Of a stretch of 64,000 nucleotides of DNA, positions 30,069 to 43,399 are shown piece by piece. The DNA comes from the human T2T-CHM13v2.0 reference genome, Homo sapiens. Numbering within the stretch: the first letter of the stretch is position 1; every line of letters begins with the position of its first letter. The DNA is taken from assembly GCF_009914755.1 (NCBI RefSeq), contig NC_060926.1; one strand, written 5' to 3'. The position numbers were made by a program, and so were the translations under genes. Below the pieces are notes generated by a model that did not search any database, was not told the origin of the DNA, and saw only the letters and a list, made by a program, of their open reading frames with translations.

Positions 30069-31842
30069 GTATACTCACCATTTTGGGGGACCTGCTAGAC
30101 CTCAACTAGAGTATATTCTTCTCACTGTTTTTGCTGCCATGTGGCAAGTTTATCAGAACAATTTTCTAGCCACACTGCTTAAAGGTAGACAAACAAGTTC
30201 AATTCAGGAGAAAATTGTAGGTCAAAGCTATGTTCTCTAACCCACCTTTACCAACGGTGACATTAACCGTATATTTTTATTTTGATATAATTTTGTGTAT
30301 ATATATCAATATACAAACATTACTAAAATATAAACAGATTACAAATCTGTTTACCAAGATTTGTGATTAAGGATTTATAGGGAAGACTTCATTTCTCAGT
30401 TCTTACAAGATAATAACATAACCCATAGATTAAAGAGAAACTCAAGTAAAACTATAAACAACACAGCTTATAGCATGCCTACAGGATGACTAGAACACTA
30501 TGCTACAAACTTTAGTATTTATGTAAGCAGTAAAATAAAGATCCAACTAACAAAGACCACTTTGGGGCTTATCCCAGAGCAGAGAATGGGGAGACAGACT
30601 TCATAGAAAAGAGAGTGCATCATACTCCTAGAGGTGGAGAAACACAGATAACATCATGCTCAGAAAAAGACCTCACTTTAAATGGAAAATGCCAGTAAAA
30701 TGTCTAAGACAGGGTAGACTAGCAATTGGAGAAGCTATAGGAAGCAGTTTGAAAATACAGAGGCATAAAGGAGGCAGTCTTGGAAAAACACCAGTTCTGG
30801 AGCAGAAGGAGCCAACCTGAAAGAAGAGCCATTCCTTGGAGACTTAGCAGTGAGGATAAAGAAAGAAGTATATTACAGAATTAGAAGACCCTGTTGAACA
30901 ACATCTACCCCTCAAAAGAAAGTTTTTTATTAATTTAAAAACCATATACAGATGAAGGAGCCCTTGAACAAAGAAACCCGGTAGGGATACCCAAATCCCC
31001 CATACCTTTTCATAGATACATTAATTATTGCTATTTCAGAAAATCTAAGACCTTTTAGGATGAACAGGAAAAGAAAGCAAAATCCATATGAAATCACTAT
31101 AAGAGGAAATTAAAAATGAGTACTAAAAATTTTCAGCTTTAAATGTTCTATCAATTCCACATAAAATAAAGGAAAACTATGACACAACATACCAGCATGA
31201 AGTAAGTTAAACAAGCAATGACAAATAGAAAACAATATCATTAATTAGAAATTCAAAATGGAATAAAAATGGATTTATGAAACATGAACGAACTAAAGAA
31301 AGAAATTGATGAAAAAGACAAAATCATATTAGAAATTAAAGCTACATTATAAGGTAAAAAGGAGGACAGATTGTGCTGAAACTATAAAAAGAAACATTGA
31401 AAAGAGTAATCAGTCAGGAGAAAAAAATAAGATGAAAAAGACCAAAAGAAATCTGAAAATAAGAGATATGAAAGACAATAAAAGAGGATTCAACATATAT
31501 ATTTTCTGGAAAACTACAACAATGTAACAGAACTAATATTTAATCCAAGAAAACATTCCAAAATAAAATAAGACCTAAATATTCAGATTAAAAAGACCTA
31601 CAATGTACCTTGGGAAAAATTTACTCTGAATGGTCAACTTTGAAGGGTATCCTACAGAAATTATTAGGCTTTAAAGTCAAAAGAAAATAAAAGGAATTTT
31701 ATGGACCTCCAGGATAGCAAAAAAAAAAAAAATTTATTTACAAGAAGAAAAAATCAGATTGGCATCAGACTTCTCAATAACAGCACAGAAAGCATGAGTG
31801 AAAAAAAGTTCTTTAAGACTCAAGAAAGAAAAAGTGTGAGCC

Positions 31843-32308
31843 AACAATAGCAAAGTCACAGAATCCACCTAAGTGTCCATCAACAGTGAATTGGATAAAG
31901 GAAATGTAGTATATGTACACCATGGTATACTATGCAGCCATAAAAATAATGAAGTCATATCCTTTGCAGCAACATAGATACAGCTATTATCTATGTGACA
32001 TATCTATGGCGGCCATTATCCTAAGTGAATTAATGCAGAAACATAAAATCAAATACCACATGTTCTAATTCATAAGTAGGAACTTAACTATGGGTACACA
32101 TAGACATAAAATCAATGGAAACAACAGACACTGGGAACTCCAAAAGTAGGGGGAGAGGAAGAAAGGGAAGGGTTCAAAAATTATCTGTTGGGAGCTATGT
32201 TCATTATTTGGGTGATGGGTTCACTAGAAGTCTAAACCCCACAACTATGCAATTACTCATGTAACAAATCTGCACATGTACCGCCAAATCTAAAAACAAT
32301 TTTCAAAA
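31843..32308 (+). mobile_element. 5'-truncated L1PB4-type 3' end
   Basis: ORF2 C-terminal remnant and 3'UTR GGGTGATGGGTTCACTAGAAG..CATGTAACAAATCTGCACATGTAC; TSD-like AAAGAAAAAGTGTGA / AAAGAAAAACTGTGA. Confidence 0.85.
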
Positions 32309-32429
32309 AGAAAAACTGTGAATCCAGGAATCTACATGCAGCCCAGGTATCTTTCAAGAACCATCTAAAGCAGAACATTTAAAAACTCAGAGAATACTAT
32401 ATTATTGAATCTTTTCTGAGGAATCTACT

Positions 32430-32640
32430 AGATTGGGGCTAGCCAGCCAGGGCCTGTGGGCTAAATCCAGCTGCCACCTGTTTTTGTTTTCATGGAACAC
32501 AGCCACCCTATTCATTTATGCATTGTTTATATGTGTGTTTGTACTGCAATGGCAGAGCTGCGTAGTTACAACAGAGCCTGTATGGTCTCCTAAAATATTT
32601 ACTAGCTGGCCTTTTAACAGAAAAAGTTTGCCAACTCTTA
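32430..32640 (+). mobile_element. MER58A (hAT-Charlie) DNA transposon
   Basis: GGCCTGTGGGCTAAATCCAGC...GGAACACAGCCAC...CCTAAAATATTTACTAGCTGGCCTTTTAACAGAAAAAGTTTGCCAAC. Confidence 0.85.
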
Positions 32641-34489
32641 TATCAGAGAATGGGCTATAACCAAATAAGAGAATTACTGGGGAACCTGCCAAAATGTCTT
32701 GTGGCAAATACAGAGTAAATATAACAGTAAATCTGAGAGAAGAACAAAGATGGGGACAAAAATGGAAGAATAATGTGTAAATGTCCCATGTAACATCCAA
32801 AGTAAGATGAGAGGAGAAGAAAGAAAAGAGAAATAATAATTTCATGGATTATTACTCTCTCCATTACCCTAGCACTGCCCCCAGACCCGATTCTCCCCAT
32901 CCGTACACTCAGCTGGCTACAATGCTCAACACAGTGTATTAGTCATGATTAAAGAAAATAATGGCTCTGATTTTAAATCCAAAGTTTGATTCCAATCCCA
33001 GTAATTCATCCTATCTGCTAGAAGAACTGATCCACACTTGAGTTACAGGATTCATTTTGTCCTTCTAGACTAAAATGAGGAATGAGCAACCTCCTGAAAC
33101 CACTTCCCCAGATCCACACCCAGATCTTCACCTTCCAAGTTTTAACTTCATAATTATAAGAGGGGATGAAAATCATTATGAAATAGAAAGATGAACCCTG
33201 GAAAAGATAGGATTCTTCCCCAAGACACAAAGAAACTTGCCTAAGCCATGCATGCCTCCTTTTCTAGGGTTCCACCCTTGACATTCCAAAATGAGCTCAT
33301 TGGAAAGGTTCTCTCAGGCAATGCATTTTCACACTGCCAGCTACCTAGAAGGGAAGAGAAAGTGAGGTGATCCTCAAAGAGAAATTATCAAGAAAACAAA
33401 ATAATCCACATGGGTTCTGCATAAGAGAGAGTTTTAATCTCTCTTCCCACCAAATGATTTCTCATCGAGCATCATGGCCTAAATACATATTTCTGAGGAC
33501 TACATTTTGTCTTTAACTCTTCCCAGAAGTTGATGGGAAAGAGTTGTGCCTCTACCAGAGAAATAATAAAGCCATTATCAAATGCCATGTTTATAGTAGG
33601 AGCCTGATAGGTTTTTGTTAATGATCGTGTCAAAAATGCAACAACATCCTCTGGCACTCTGTCCATAGAGACTCATATCAGTGTTGTCTGTTTCTCTTCA
33701 GCTGCCTATCCACAGTTCTGTTCTGTTATTGTTTACATGAACCACTCTGCATCCCCTGGTGATATTTGCCCACATAAAACCTAAAATTAGATTTCTTAAG
33801 GGGTGATTGAAGACATAAGCACAGCAGTGACAAAGTTTATAACTGCTAAAATGTGCGTGAAATACGTCAACTTAAGCATTTGCTTAATTTCACATTTACA
33901 TATTAAAGATTCTATTGAAAGACATGGTAATTTTGTGCTTAGTTGGGATAAAGAAAATGAAAAGAAGCTTCAAGGTGTGCATATGTGTCTTCTTGAAAGC
34001 ATTTTCTTCATCCTTTGAAAATTTGTTCGTATTTTCTCCGAAAAGCATCTTCATATATTTCTAACTCATACTGCAAGATAGGATGATAGTAAGTGTATGC
34101 CCTTTAGTACTAATGTTGTAGTTTACATTTTATTTACTTAACCTGAATAATATATCTCAAATTTTTAAATGCTTTATGCTTGCAATCTCTCTTGCATCCT
34201 ATTAACCTGGACAATATACAAGAAAATTTCTCAAGATAGATACTTAGGTCGAAGGAGCTCTGAACTTGAAAATCCCTAAAAAAATTTAGAAAAGGGAAGT
34301 GACTCCTGAGGTATGGACAATGTCCACCGGCAGAAAATTGTGGCCAAAATCACTATGATTTGGAGTCAAGAAATAAGAATTCTAACACCAGCTCCGTCAC
34401 TACAGGTAGCACATCCATGCTGAATTGATCAACCTCTCTAGAGGTGTCTACCCTCCTCCCCCAGAAATGACTGCTAAAAAGGTAATGAA

Positions 34490-34793
34490 TACACCTGTAA
34501 TCCTAGCACTTTGGGGGACCAAGGCAGGGGATCTTTTGATCCTAGGAATTCAAGACCAGCCTGGGCAACATGGCAAAACCCCATCTCTACAAAAAATACC
34601 TGGGCGTGGTGGCACACTCCTATAGTCCTAGCTACTTGGGAGGCTGATGTAGGAGGATCACCTGAGCCTATGAGGTTGAGACTGCAGTGAACCATCAGTG
34701 AACCATGATTGCCTCACTGTACTCCAGCCTCAGTGACATAGTAAGACCTTCTCTCAAAAAAAATAAAATAAAATAAAGAAAAATAAAAGAAAG
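34490..34793 (+). mobile_element. AluJ, slightly 5'-truncated
   Basis: GGAGGATCACCTGAGCC...GAGACTGCAGTG J diagnostics; TSD AAAGGTAATGAA / AAAGGTAAGGAA. Confidence 0.9.
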
Positions 34794-35361
34794 AAAGGTA
34801 AGGAACTTAAATACAACATGGAAAGAGCAGAGCATTGATAACTACCCAGTGGTTACTGGGGGGACTCTTGGCAGCAAAGAGAACAGAGATTCCCTTAGGA
34901 TGCATGCCCACAACCACCATGGTCCAACCAGGGATCCTTCTCATGATGGCAAGCTTCATTTTGAGCGTAGTTAATGTGCTGATTTTTACAGAGAGTTGGG
35001 CTTGTAAGCATCTCGAAACTATGTAGCAACATGAAGCCAGAATGCAAAGGACCCTCAAGGACTCCAGAAACCGGCACCAGCATCTGACTACTGAGGTTGG
35101 ACCAACATTTCAGTTGGGAAGGGAGTTGGAGAGTCTCAGTCTGCAGTAGAGAGAGGAGCTAATTCATGTGCGTGACTTTTCACAGCACACTCATGAGAAA
35201 ACACTTCCTGGAACCTGGCCAAATCAAAATTGCTCACCCACCTCAAAAACAATGAAGAAGAGGGTAGGCTGAGGGACTGGGAAAAGGTTGCAAACTCTGT
35301 TCTGTGTCACTGTGCATCCTAAAGATGTGCACACAGAGATGAGAGACCTGGCATGGTTTTG

Positions 35362-36800
35362 TATTTAGTTATGCAACAAAAATTGTATTCACTACCTACT
35401 ATGTGCATGCCCTAATCTAGCACTGAGAATACTGTGGTAAGCAACACAGCCCAGTGCTCTCCATCAGGGAGCTGACATTCCAATGAGAGGAGGCATACAG
35501 TACGAAAACAAATAAACTCAAATACTAACAAGTGCTGTGGAGGAAATAAACAGGTGACATAATGGAAGGTGACTGGAAGATCATTTTCAGGAATGTAATC
35601 GAGGAAGCTCTCTCAGAAGAGATGCCTTTGAGCTGAATGGTGACAGAATCCAGTGATATGAAAACCAAGGTAAAGAGAGTTCAGACAGATGAATCAGTAA
35701 GTACAAAGGCACTGAGGTAAGAGGAGGAAAGAAGCCCTTGGTAGACAGACAATGTGAGACAAAGGGAGAGAGAACACACAAGGCCAGAGAAGAGGCTGAG
35801 TCCACACTGTATAGGGCCTTGAAGACCAGGCCCAGGATTTGAGATTTTTATTCCAAGTTCAATGAGCAGTCATGAAAGACTCTTAAAGATGGAAATAACA
35901 CATTCTGATTTATGTAGGTAGATGTTACTCTTACTACTATGTAGAGAATGGATTTGGGGTGATGACAAGCATGGAAGCTCCAGAAAATTAGTTGTTTAGG
36001 GAAGAGATAATGGTAGCTCGGACTAGAGTATTGAGAGTAGAGATGGAGAGAAATGGGTGAGTTTGAGATATATATTTTAAAAGGCTGATAGCAAATGCAG
36101 AATGAGAGAAGGGAGCGAATCAAGGATTACACCAACACCTGTGTTTTTGGATTGAGTAATAAGGTGGATAATATTATGTTTTCCTGAGATACAGAATACT
36201 AGAAGAGGTGGAAGTATGAATGAGGGGGAGGCAGCATCAACACTCCATTCTGATGCCCACTGATGTCCACAGCAGTATGTCTACAGATGTCTAAACAGCA
36301 GTAGGATTTACGAGTCCGGAGTTGAGTATATATGTGAGGAGTAGAGATACACATTTGAGATTGATCCACATGCGGATGGAATTTAAAGTCCACGGAGTGA
36401 CAAAGTCCCCTAGAGAGAGATTTTCAATAGGGAAGAAACAATGCCTAAGACTCAGTCCTCGAGTGTTCTTCCATTTGAAGCCAGGGAGAAGAGAAGCATG
36501 CAAAGAATCAGAGAAGCAGAGGCCTACGAGGTAGTAGGGCAAGGATTCATAGAGGAGCCAGCAAGAACGTATATCAGGTAAGGAGATGACAATGTTTTGG
36601 AATATCACTACAAAGTTAAAGAGAATGAGAACAAAGGTGCGCCTGTTAGATTTGACATGTGGTAATCCTAAAAAAACAGTTTTACCGAAGTGGTGGGAAC
36701 AAAAGCCAGATTGGCACGGAATAAAGGGTAAATGGGAGGCAAAGAAATAAAGAGAACGAGCAACTTCCTTTGAGAAGTTTGCTATGTAGAAAAGCAAGAA
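35362..36800 (-). mobile_element. LINE-2 3' fragment
   Basis: Reverse L2 3' end (CAACAAAAATTGTATTCACTACCTACTATGTGC...GGAGCTGACATTC) continuing into L2 ORF2-like sequence. Confidence 0.85.
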
Positions 36801-37089
36801 ATGGGGCCATAGCTGGAGAGGGTGGCAGATCAAGTAACCCAGCCCAGATCAGATTCCTACAATACAAAGCAAGTCCTCCCAGTTTTGCTAATATCACACG
36901 CTTGGCTCTCATTGCCCTCAAGATAAGCTCAGTCTCCATAGGCAGGCAGGTAAGGACCGCACAGCCCTGACCTCCATAATTCCCTAATTCCTGCCTCTCT
37001 TTCTGTCCTTGCCATCCCCAAGCCCACCATTTACTCCATACCCATACCATAATAGTCCTCATTCTCCTATCCTTTCATTTTCTTTCAAA

Positions 37090-37350
37090 TCTCTATGCTG
37101 TCCTACATGCTTTTCTTTTTGCCAGAAATGTGTTTCCCTTCCTAATTCTTCAGTAATTGAGGTTCAGTTCAAATCATCTCCTGCGTGAAGCCTTCCAACA
37201 AACCTGCAGTTCCTTCCCTCATCTGCCTTGCATATCTCTCTATCAGAGCCTTTAAAATGATCTGTGGGTGTTTCTGTTCATCGGCTATGCATTTCCTGAA
37301 GGCAGGGATGGTCATTTCCCCATCTCTATAAATTGTACCTAGTATAGGCC
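37090..37350 (+). mobile_element. LINE-2 3' fragment
   Basis: TCAGTTCAAATCATCTCCTGCGTGAAGCCTTCC...TTCCTGAAGGCAGGGA. Confidence 0.6.
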
Positions 37351-37905
37351 TTATAGCCCATAGGTATATGTGAGATGAAGAAATGCACCTGCAGATGTTA
37401 TCAAAACAACTTGAGGCAATAGTTTCAGGTCACCTCTATCATACCTTGAGCCAGTGTCTACATTGACGTATCCAAACTCTATTACCATTCTTTTTCCTTC
37501 CCATCTTCCTCCGAGGGAAATGCCTAAGGTGAATAGGTCTGTTAAACAAAAAATGAAGTGGTGATGAGCGCTCAGTAGAATCCCAGTATTGGGTAAATGC
37601 ATATCAACAATTTTTAATTTCTCAAGCCTGAGGGCCATTCTCCTGTTTCACACAAGCTAGGATCATCATCAGATCAATACTTCCTGCAAAATTGCATAGA
37701 GTTCTACAAAATGTAAAAGAGTTGAGGATAGGACCCTTGTTTTATGTGAAGTAAAATCCAGGCCGATAAACATGACCCCACTGGAAATTTAACCTTCTTA
37801 AATTGATTGACAGAAAAAAGAATTTGTCATAGCAGGCTTACTTAGAAACCCCATAAACTTGCATAATTCATATTGAACTGACATGCTTTTTTAAACGATA
37901 GAGGT

Positions 37906-38199
37906 GGCCAGGCATGCTGGCTCACGCCTGTAATCCCAGCATTTTGAGAGGCCAAGGCGGATGGATCACTTGAAGTCAGGAGTTCGAGACCAGCCTGGCC
38001 AACATGGTGCAATCCCATCTCTACTAAAACTACAAAAATTATTCGGGCATGGTGGCACATGCCTGTAATCTCAGCTACTCGAGAGGCTGAGGCAGGAGAA
38101 TTGCTTGAACCAGGAGGTGGAGGTTGCAGTGATCTGAGATCGCGCCACCGCACTCCAGCCTGAGTGACAAAGTGAGACTCCTCAAAAAAAAAAAAAAAA
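37906..38199 (+). mobile_element. AluS (Sz/Sx)
   Basis: Full Alu; TSD GATAGAGG on both sides. Confidence 0.95.
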
Positions 38200-38906
38200 G
38201 ATAGAGGCTCTAGAATGTCCTTTGCTTCTGAAGACAGTGTGTGAGGAGAAGCCTATGAGAAATACGAGGCAGGGAGGGCTCCAATGCAGAGGACCAGGAG
38301 TAGCCTGTCCTTTGCCGTATCACAGCTGCAACATCCACCCACTGGGGGACTGAGAACCTTGCCGTCTTCCCTCTGCCTCATTCCCAACACCTACTTGATC
38401 ACTAAGTCTCATCTGTTTTAGGTTCACATCTCTAGAATATATCACTTCCTCTCCACGCCCCTCCCCACAAGTCTAAGCCCCTGCTAGTCCCTGTCTAGGC
38501 TACTGCACAGCCCCCGGTTCCTCATGCCATCTTCACAGATCTTCATTGCTTGCCTTTGCCAATAAATATCAAAAACCAAACTTCTTATCTGCTATTAAAG
38601 CCTCCCACAGTCTGGCCAGCTTTACTGATGGCTATTTTTTAATTGAATAATGTATGACTGAAAGGTATTAAATTAACCATTTCTATCTCAGAACACTCTC
38701 TCTTTACATGTCACCTAGTTTTCTCTGGCAGAACTGAAGTGAGAGCAACAACCCATGAAAGCAACATCATGAAGATTTGTACATAAGGTGGTTGATTCTG
38801 GGGGTGGGGGCTGAGCTCCCCAAGACAAGTGATCTTTTCAGGATGGTTAATGTATAAGTAGAGAAAGAGTCTGAAACAGGAGTGACTGAGAAGAACGTTT
38901 TATCCC

Positions 38907-39234
38907 TTTATTTATTTATTTATTTATTTTTTGAAACGGAGTCTCACTCTGTTGCCCAGGCTGGAGTGCAGTGGCACAATCCCAGCTCACGGCAACCTCC
39001 GCCTCCTGGGTTCAAGTGGTTATCCTGCCTCAGCTTCCTGAGTAGCTTGGATTACAGGTGTGTGCCACCACACCCGGCTAATTTTTGTATTTTTAGTAGA
39101 GACAAGGTTTCATCATGTTGGCCAGGCTGCTCTTGAACTCCAGACCTCAAGTGATCCACCTGCTTTGGCCTCCCAAAGTGCTGGGATTACAGGCGTGAGC
39201 CACCATGCCTGGCCCTGAGCCACGGCACCCGGCC
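38907..39234 (-). mobile_element. AluS with (TTTA)n tail and an extra duplicated 5' end
   Basis: Reverse Alu to 39214, then a second Alu 5' 19-mer at 39216-39234. Confidence 0.93.
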
Positions 39235-39739
39235 CCCCCTTTTTTTTTTATTGACCATAGAAAATCAGACCCATCAAATCTCATTCTCTATGATTTCTCT
39301 ATATCCATCAAAACTATTGACCATTCTCCCCTTCTTTTTTGGGTTTAAGTTGAAGAAAATAAGTATTATACTATTTTTTTAATATCAACACTGTCATAAA
39401 TGTGTTAACTATAATTTAATAATGTATAATTTAATATTTCTTTATGCAGAAAGGGGTCCATGAAGTTCAAAGCTTCTAGAGCCCATGAAAGTCATAACAT
39501 AACCCTGCTTCCATTCACTACGATGTTTTATTCTTAAGGTCTAAGTCAGATAGATGCAGCTGGCTGTCAGCTCCAAAGAGGAAGATGAAGATGTGAGTGA
39601 GAAAGCCAGTTTTAAGGTCAGATGTCAGAAAAAGTGAGAAAGATTTGGAAGCAGAGTAGAGGTCAGTTGAAATGAGTATCTCCGTAGAGCACGAATCACA
39701 TGAGCCAGCAGAACCTTGCACTTTGCTGAATGTTCCCAC

Positions 39740-40090
39740 ACTTCACTTCCCGCGGGCCTGTGCCTGGGCTGTGTCCTCTGTTCGGAACTCCCTTTTTGAC
39801 CTTTATTACTACTTGTTCCAATCTCACCTACTTCACTAAGGTCCATCACATCTCTCTACCAAAGCAGGTATTTTCTTATCCTTCTAAATAGAGACACATT
39901 TGCCACTCTTTCAGTCCCTAAGACATTTGTGTGTCCTTCTCATGGCTCCACTTGATAATGTGTTTTGATGGTGATTTATTTAAGCTTGAGTATCTGGTTA
40001 AGAACAGCAGCATCCTGTTTTGTATCTGTGCAGTCTCTGCCTGTTGCTTTGCACACTGTTGCTGCTCAACAAATGTCTGCTTCATTTATC
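39740..40090 (+). mobile_element. LINE-2 3' fragment
   Basis: Ends TTGCACACTGTTGCTGCTCAACAAATGTCTG. Confidence 0.5.
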
Positions 40091-41319
40091 ACTTAGACTG
40101 ACGTAATGCCATCAAGAAAACTACAGGATTTGCTCATGTTTTCCATAAATGTTCTAAATGAAAATATTTTTCTAAACCAACTGACTCCACACTTCTGTGA
40201 GCACAAAAACTCAAACTGAAGGTCTCCTAATCCAAGGTGGATATCATATGGAAGTATAAGAATCAAAAGACTTCCCTGCCACCAAAAGGAGTCCGCATAG
40301 CTGGACCCCCAGAACAGATTACTGCGATTTTCTAAAATCCAAAAAAGAGATCCCGACTCTCCACATTCCTACCATACAGGGAGTTTTGAGGAACAGATGC
40401 ATTGGCCTGGCATAAAAAGCCTTCCAAGATTCTATTTCCAAGCTTGTTAGAAAAGGGATAGGGAAATACACATGAGATTAGAAGTGCAGGTCTTCCAATG
40501 GCTAGATGTAGGAATTTGACTATGGTATATTGCCCTTCTGAGGTTCCTACTCTATAAAATGGAGAGGATGAAAATTAACCAACGGGACAGGCTTTAAGAA
40601 AAACACAGGCCTGGAGTCACCTGGACAAAGTAGATGATCAATGAATTTACAAGTCATTTCACTGGGAAACACATATAATCACATACACATATTCATTGGA
40701 CTAATATTTTTAAACTGTAAAATGGCAACCTAATATGTGCATGTGGATGTATGTGTGGGATTTTATATTCAAAATACATTAAAATCATTGTAAAATATGT
40801 GCTTTGAAGTAATTAACTACTTTAGCAATTTGTTTGAAACATACTAGTGTGCAAATTCCTAATATATTATTCTAAAAAATTACAGACTTTTTTCCCTTAG
40901 AAGACCTACTGTTTGTAAATGCTAATACCTATCTTTCCTGAATCATTTCCCTTCCACTGGGGTGACTATGAAAAGAAAAATTTATCCTTTATTCGTAGTT
41001 CCTAAGAATTTTGTTCTCTGCAGCTCAAAGATTCATTTTACAAAAGAGATAATGAAAGAGTTTTAGCTAAGGAAGTGGAATGTATTATGATGTAAGATAG
41101 AAATTTCCATATCTTCTACACAGCAAAAAACTCTATCTCAATCCCAGTAAATGGCCTTACAAAAAAAATATAATGCTAGCATATGGCATATTTCACAATT
41201 TTTAACTTTATTTAGCAATACTAAGCACTCTTTACTGATAAGGGTATTATCTATGTATTATCTATAAGAATTTGAAAATTATTTTGCAGAAAGTTGTTAA
41301 GTTAAAACTTACTAATGGA

Positions 41320-41647
41320 GGCCAGGCACAGTGGCTCATGCCTGTAATCCCAGCATTTTGAGAGGCCGAGGTGCGGGGGTCACTTGAAGTCAGGAGTTTG
41401 AGACCAGCCTGGCCAACATCGCGAAATCCTGTATCTACTAAAAATACAAAAATTAGCCGGGCATGGTGGCGAGTGCCTGTAATCTCAGCTACTCAGGAGA
41501 CTGAGGCAGAAGAATCACTTGAACCCAGGAGGCTGAGGTTGCAGTGAGCTGAGATCGGATCGCACCATTGCACTCCAGCCTGGGGAACAAGAGCAAAACT
41601 CTGTCTCAAAACAAACAAACAAACAAACAAACAACAACAAAAAAAAA
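41320..41647 (+). mobile_element. AluS with (AAAC)n tail
   Basis: Full Alu with microsatellite tail. Confidence 0.95.
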
Positions 41648-42299
41648 CATGTTCTCTTAGAATAGCAGGCACTAAAATCAAAGTGTAAATTGCCTTAGAA
41701 TTCAGCTTCAAAAATACCCATTGGTAAATAAAAAGATTATTTAGTAGCAAATCTTTTTTAGAATAAAAGGATTAGAGTTACTAATTTCTATAAAAATTAC
41801 CACCTTCTTTCTTGCCAAGTTAGTCCCAGAGAGATTTGAAGCTAAAGAGAAAAAATGATTCTGAAATAGCTATATTAGCGTAAATATGTTATGCCACATC
41901 TAAATGTTTTGTCAATTTTTCATGGTCACTGGAAGAAAAAGCAGAAAAAACAGTACCAGCCGGTGGGCAGACCACAGGGCTGGGCTACGGGACAGGAGTC
42001 CCTGTTCTCAACACAGACAAACCCAATTAGGAAAATATTTCCCACTAAGTTGATATGACATAAATAAAATGTAGAGATAAAAATTAGACTGTTGAGATTA
42101 AAGTGCTTTAAAATGTTTGATTTTTTTTTTGCTAAAATTAAAAGGAATTAAATTAACATGAAGCGGATTTTAATTTCTAATATTTCCCTACACATATAGG
42201 TACCTCATTCTGACACAGAGAAGCTTGTCAATAAGTGTGTGTGAGGCAAATGGATCACGTCAGTTCATAGGAAGGGATCACTTACTTATTTATTATAAT

Positions 42300-42510
42300 C
42301 ACTCAGTGCATCCATTTTTCCAGACACCTTACCTACATAATTTTACTCAATCCTCAGAACTACCTGGGAAATCTATACTGTCATTCCCATTTAAAAAATA
42401 AGGAAATTGAGCATGACGGAGAGCAAATGGAGTAGTCCAAACATTCACACCTGGTAAATAGCAAAACTATTAATATAAACAAGGAATTCCCAGGCCCATG
42501 CGTTTCCCCT
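42300..42510 (-). mobile_element. MIR
   Basis: CTCAATCCTCAGAACTACCTGGGAA...ATTCCCATTT...AAGGAAATTGAG. Confidence 0.65.
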
Positions 42511-42664
42511 CAATCAGTGAGCAGCTGTGATTCTTGTCCAGAATCCAGTTCTCATGGAAGGCCTGGGACACTACAGCGCATGCCTTCAACCAAGAGAATC
42601 TGGAGCTTTACTTACTTTACCTTCACCACATTCTACAATTTTCTAAAATTCTCAGGGTGACAAG

Positions 42665-42840
42665 AGGTAGCTGTGGTGTTATAGGAAAAGCACTGGGCTT
42701 GTCCTCAAGTAACATAGATCAAATCCCAGCACTGACAATTATTTCCTGGCCAAAACCACTTACCCATCATCTCATTAAACCTCAGTTTCCTCTTTTATAA
42801 CATGCGACTGACTTTTCCTTCCACTGTTATTATGAGGCAA
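42665..42840 (+). mobile_element. MIR
   Basis: GGAAAAGCACTGGGCTTG...TCAAATCCCAGCACTGAC...CCTCAGTTTCCTC. Confidence 0.65.
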
Positions 42841-43399
42841 GCTAATCAGTCAGTATGTGCTCTAATTCCCTGGCATGGCACACAGAACCCTGGAGACACC
42901 CAATCTAAATATTTTTAAAGAAAATGAATGCAGAATTGGTAGTCATTCCTCAGGCATAAGCCAATGCTCTGTTGTAAGTAGTCCTCCTTTCCCACAGTAA
43001 AGCCTTCAGCAAACACAATGGCCACAGAGAGATATAGAATAAATAGGAAAAAGAGAAAGGCAGACAGGAGGCAGCAATGATCAATAAACAAGCAAGCAAA
43101 CCTCAAGGTCACATCAAGAAAATGTTGCAACTTGAGACCAAAGCATAAACCAAATTGGGTCCCCACACCTGTGGCACAATGGGCTCACAGGGCGACATAG
43201 ATCAAGACCACGTAGGACACCTGAGTTCTCTTCCCTGTCCGACAACTAATTTTCTGCATACTTTTTAAATCGCTTCTCTTCCAAGGAAATCCATTTCCTC
43301 TTCTATGCAATGATGTGTTTATATTATACCGACTCTATGGCTGCTATTTAATTTAACTATTCTTCTAGTCCTAGTTAACTTAGTCGTATTTAGGAATTT

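Larger units (their letters stand above)
30480..32860 (+). mobile_element. HAL1-like (half-L1, ORF1-only) remnant, interrupted by L1PB4 and MER58A
   Basis: ORF1-like remnants ATCCAAGAAAACATTCCA..., AAAATCAGATTGGCATCAGACTTCTCA and TTTTCTGAGGAATCTACTAGA; no ORF2. Confidence 0.55.
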
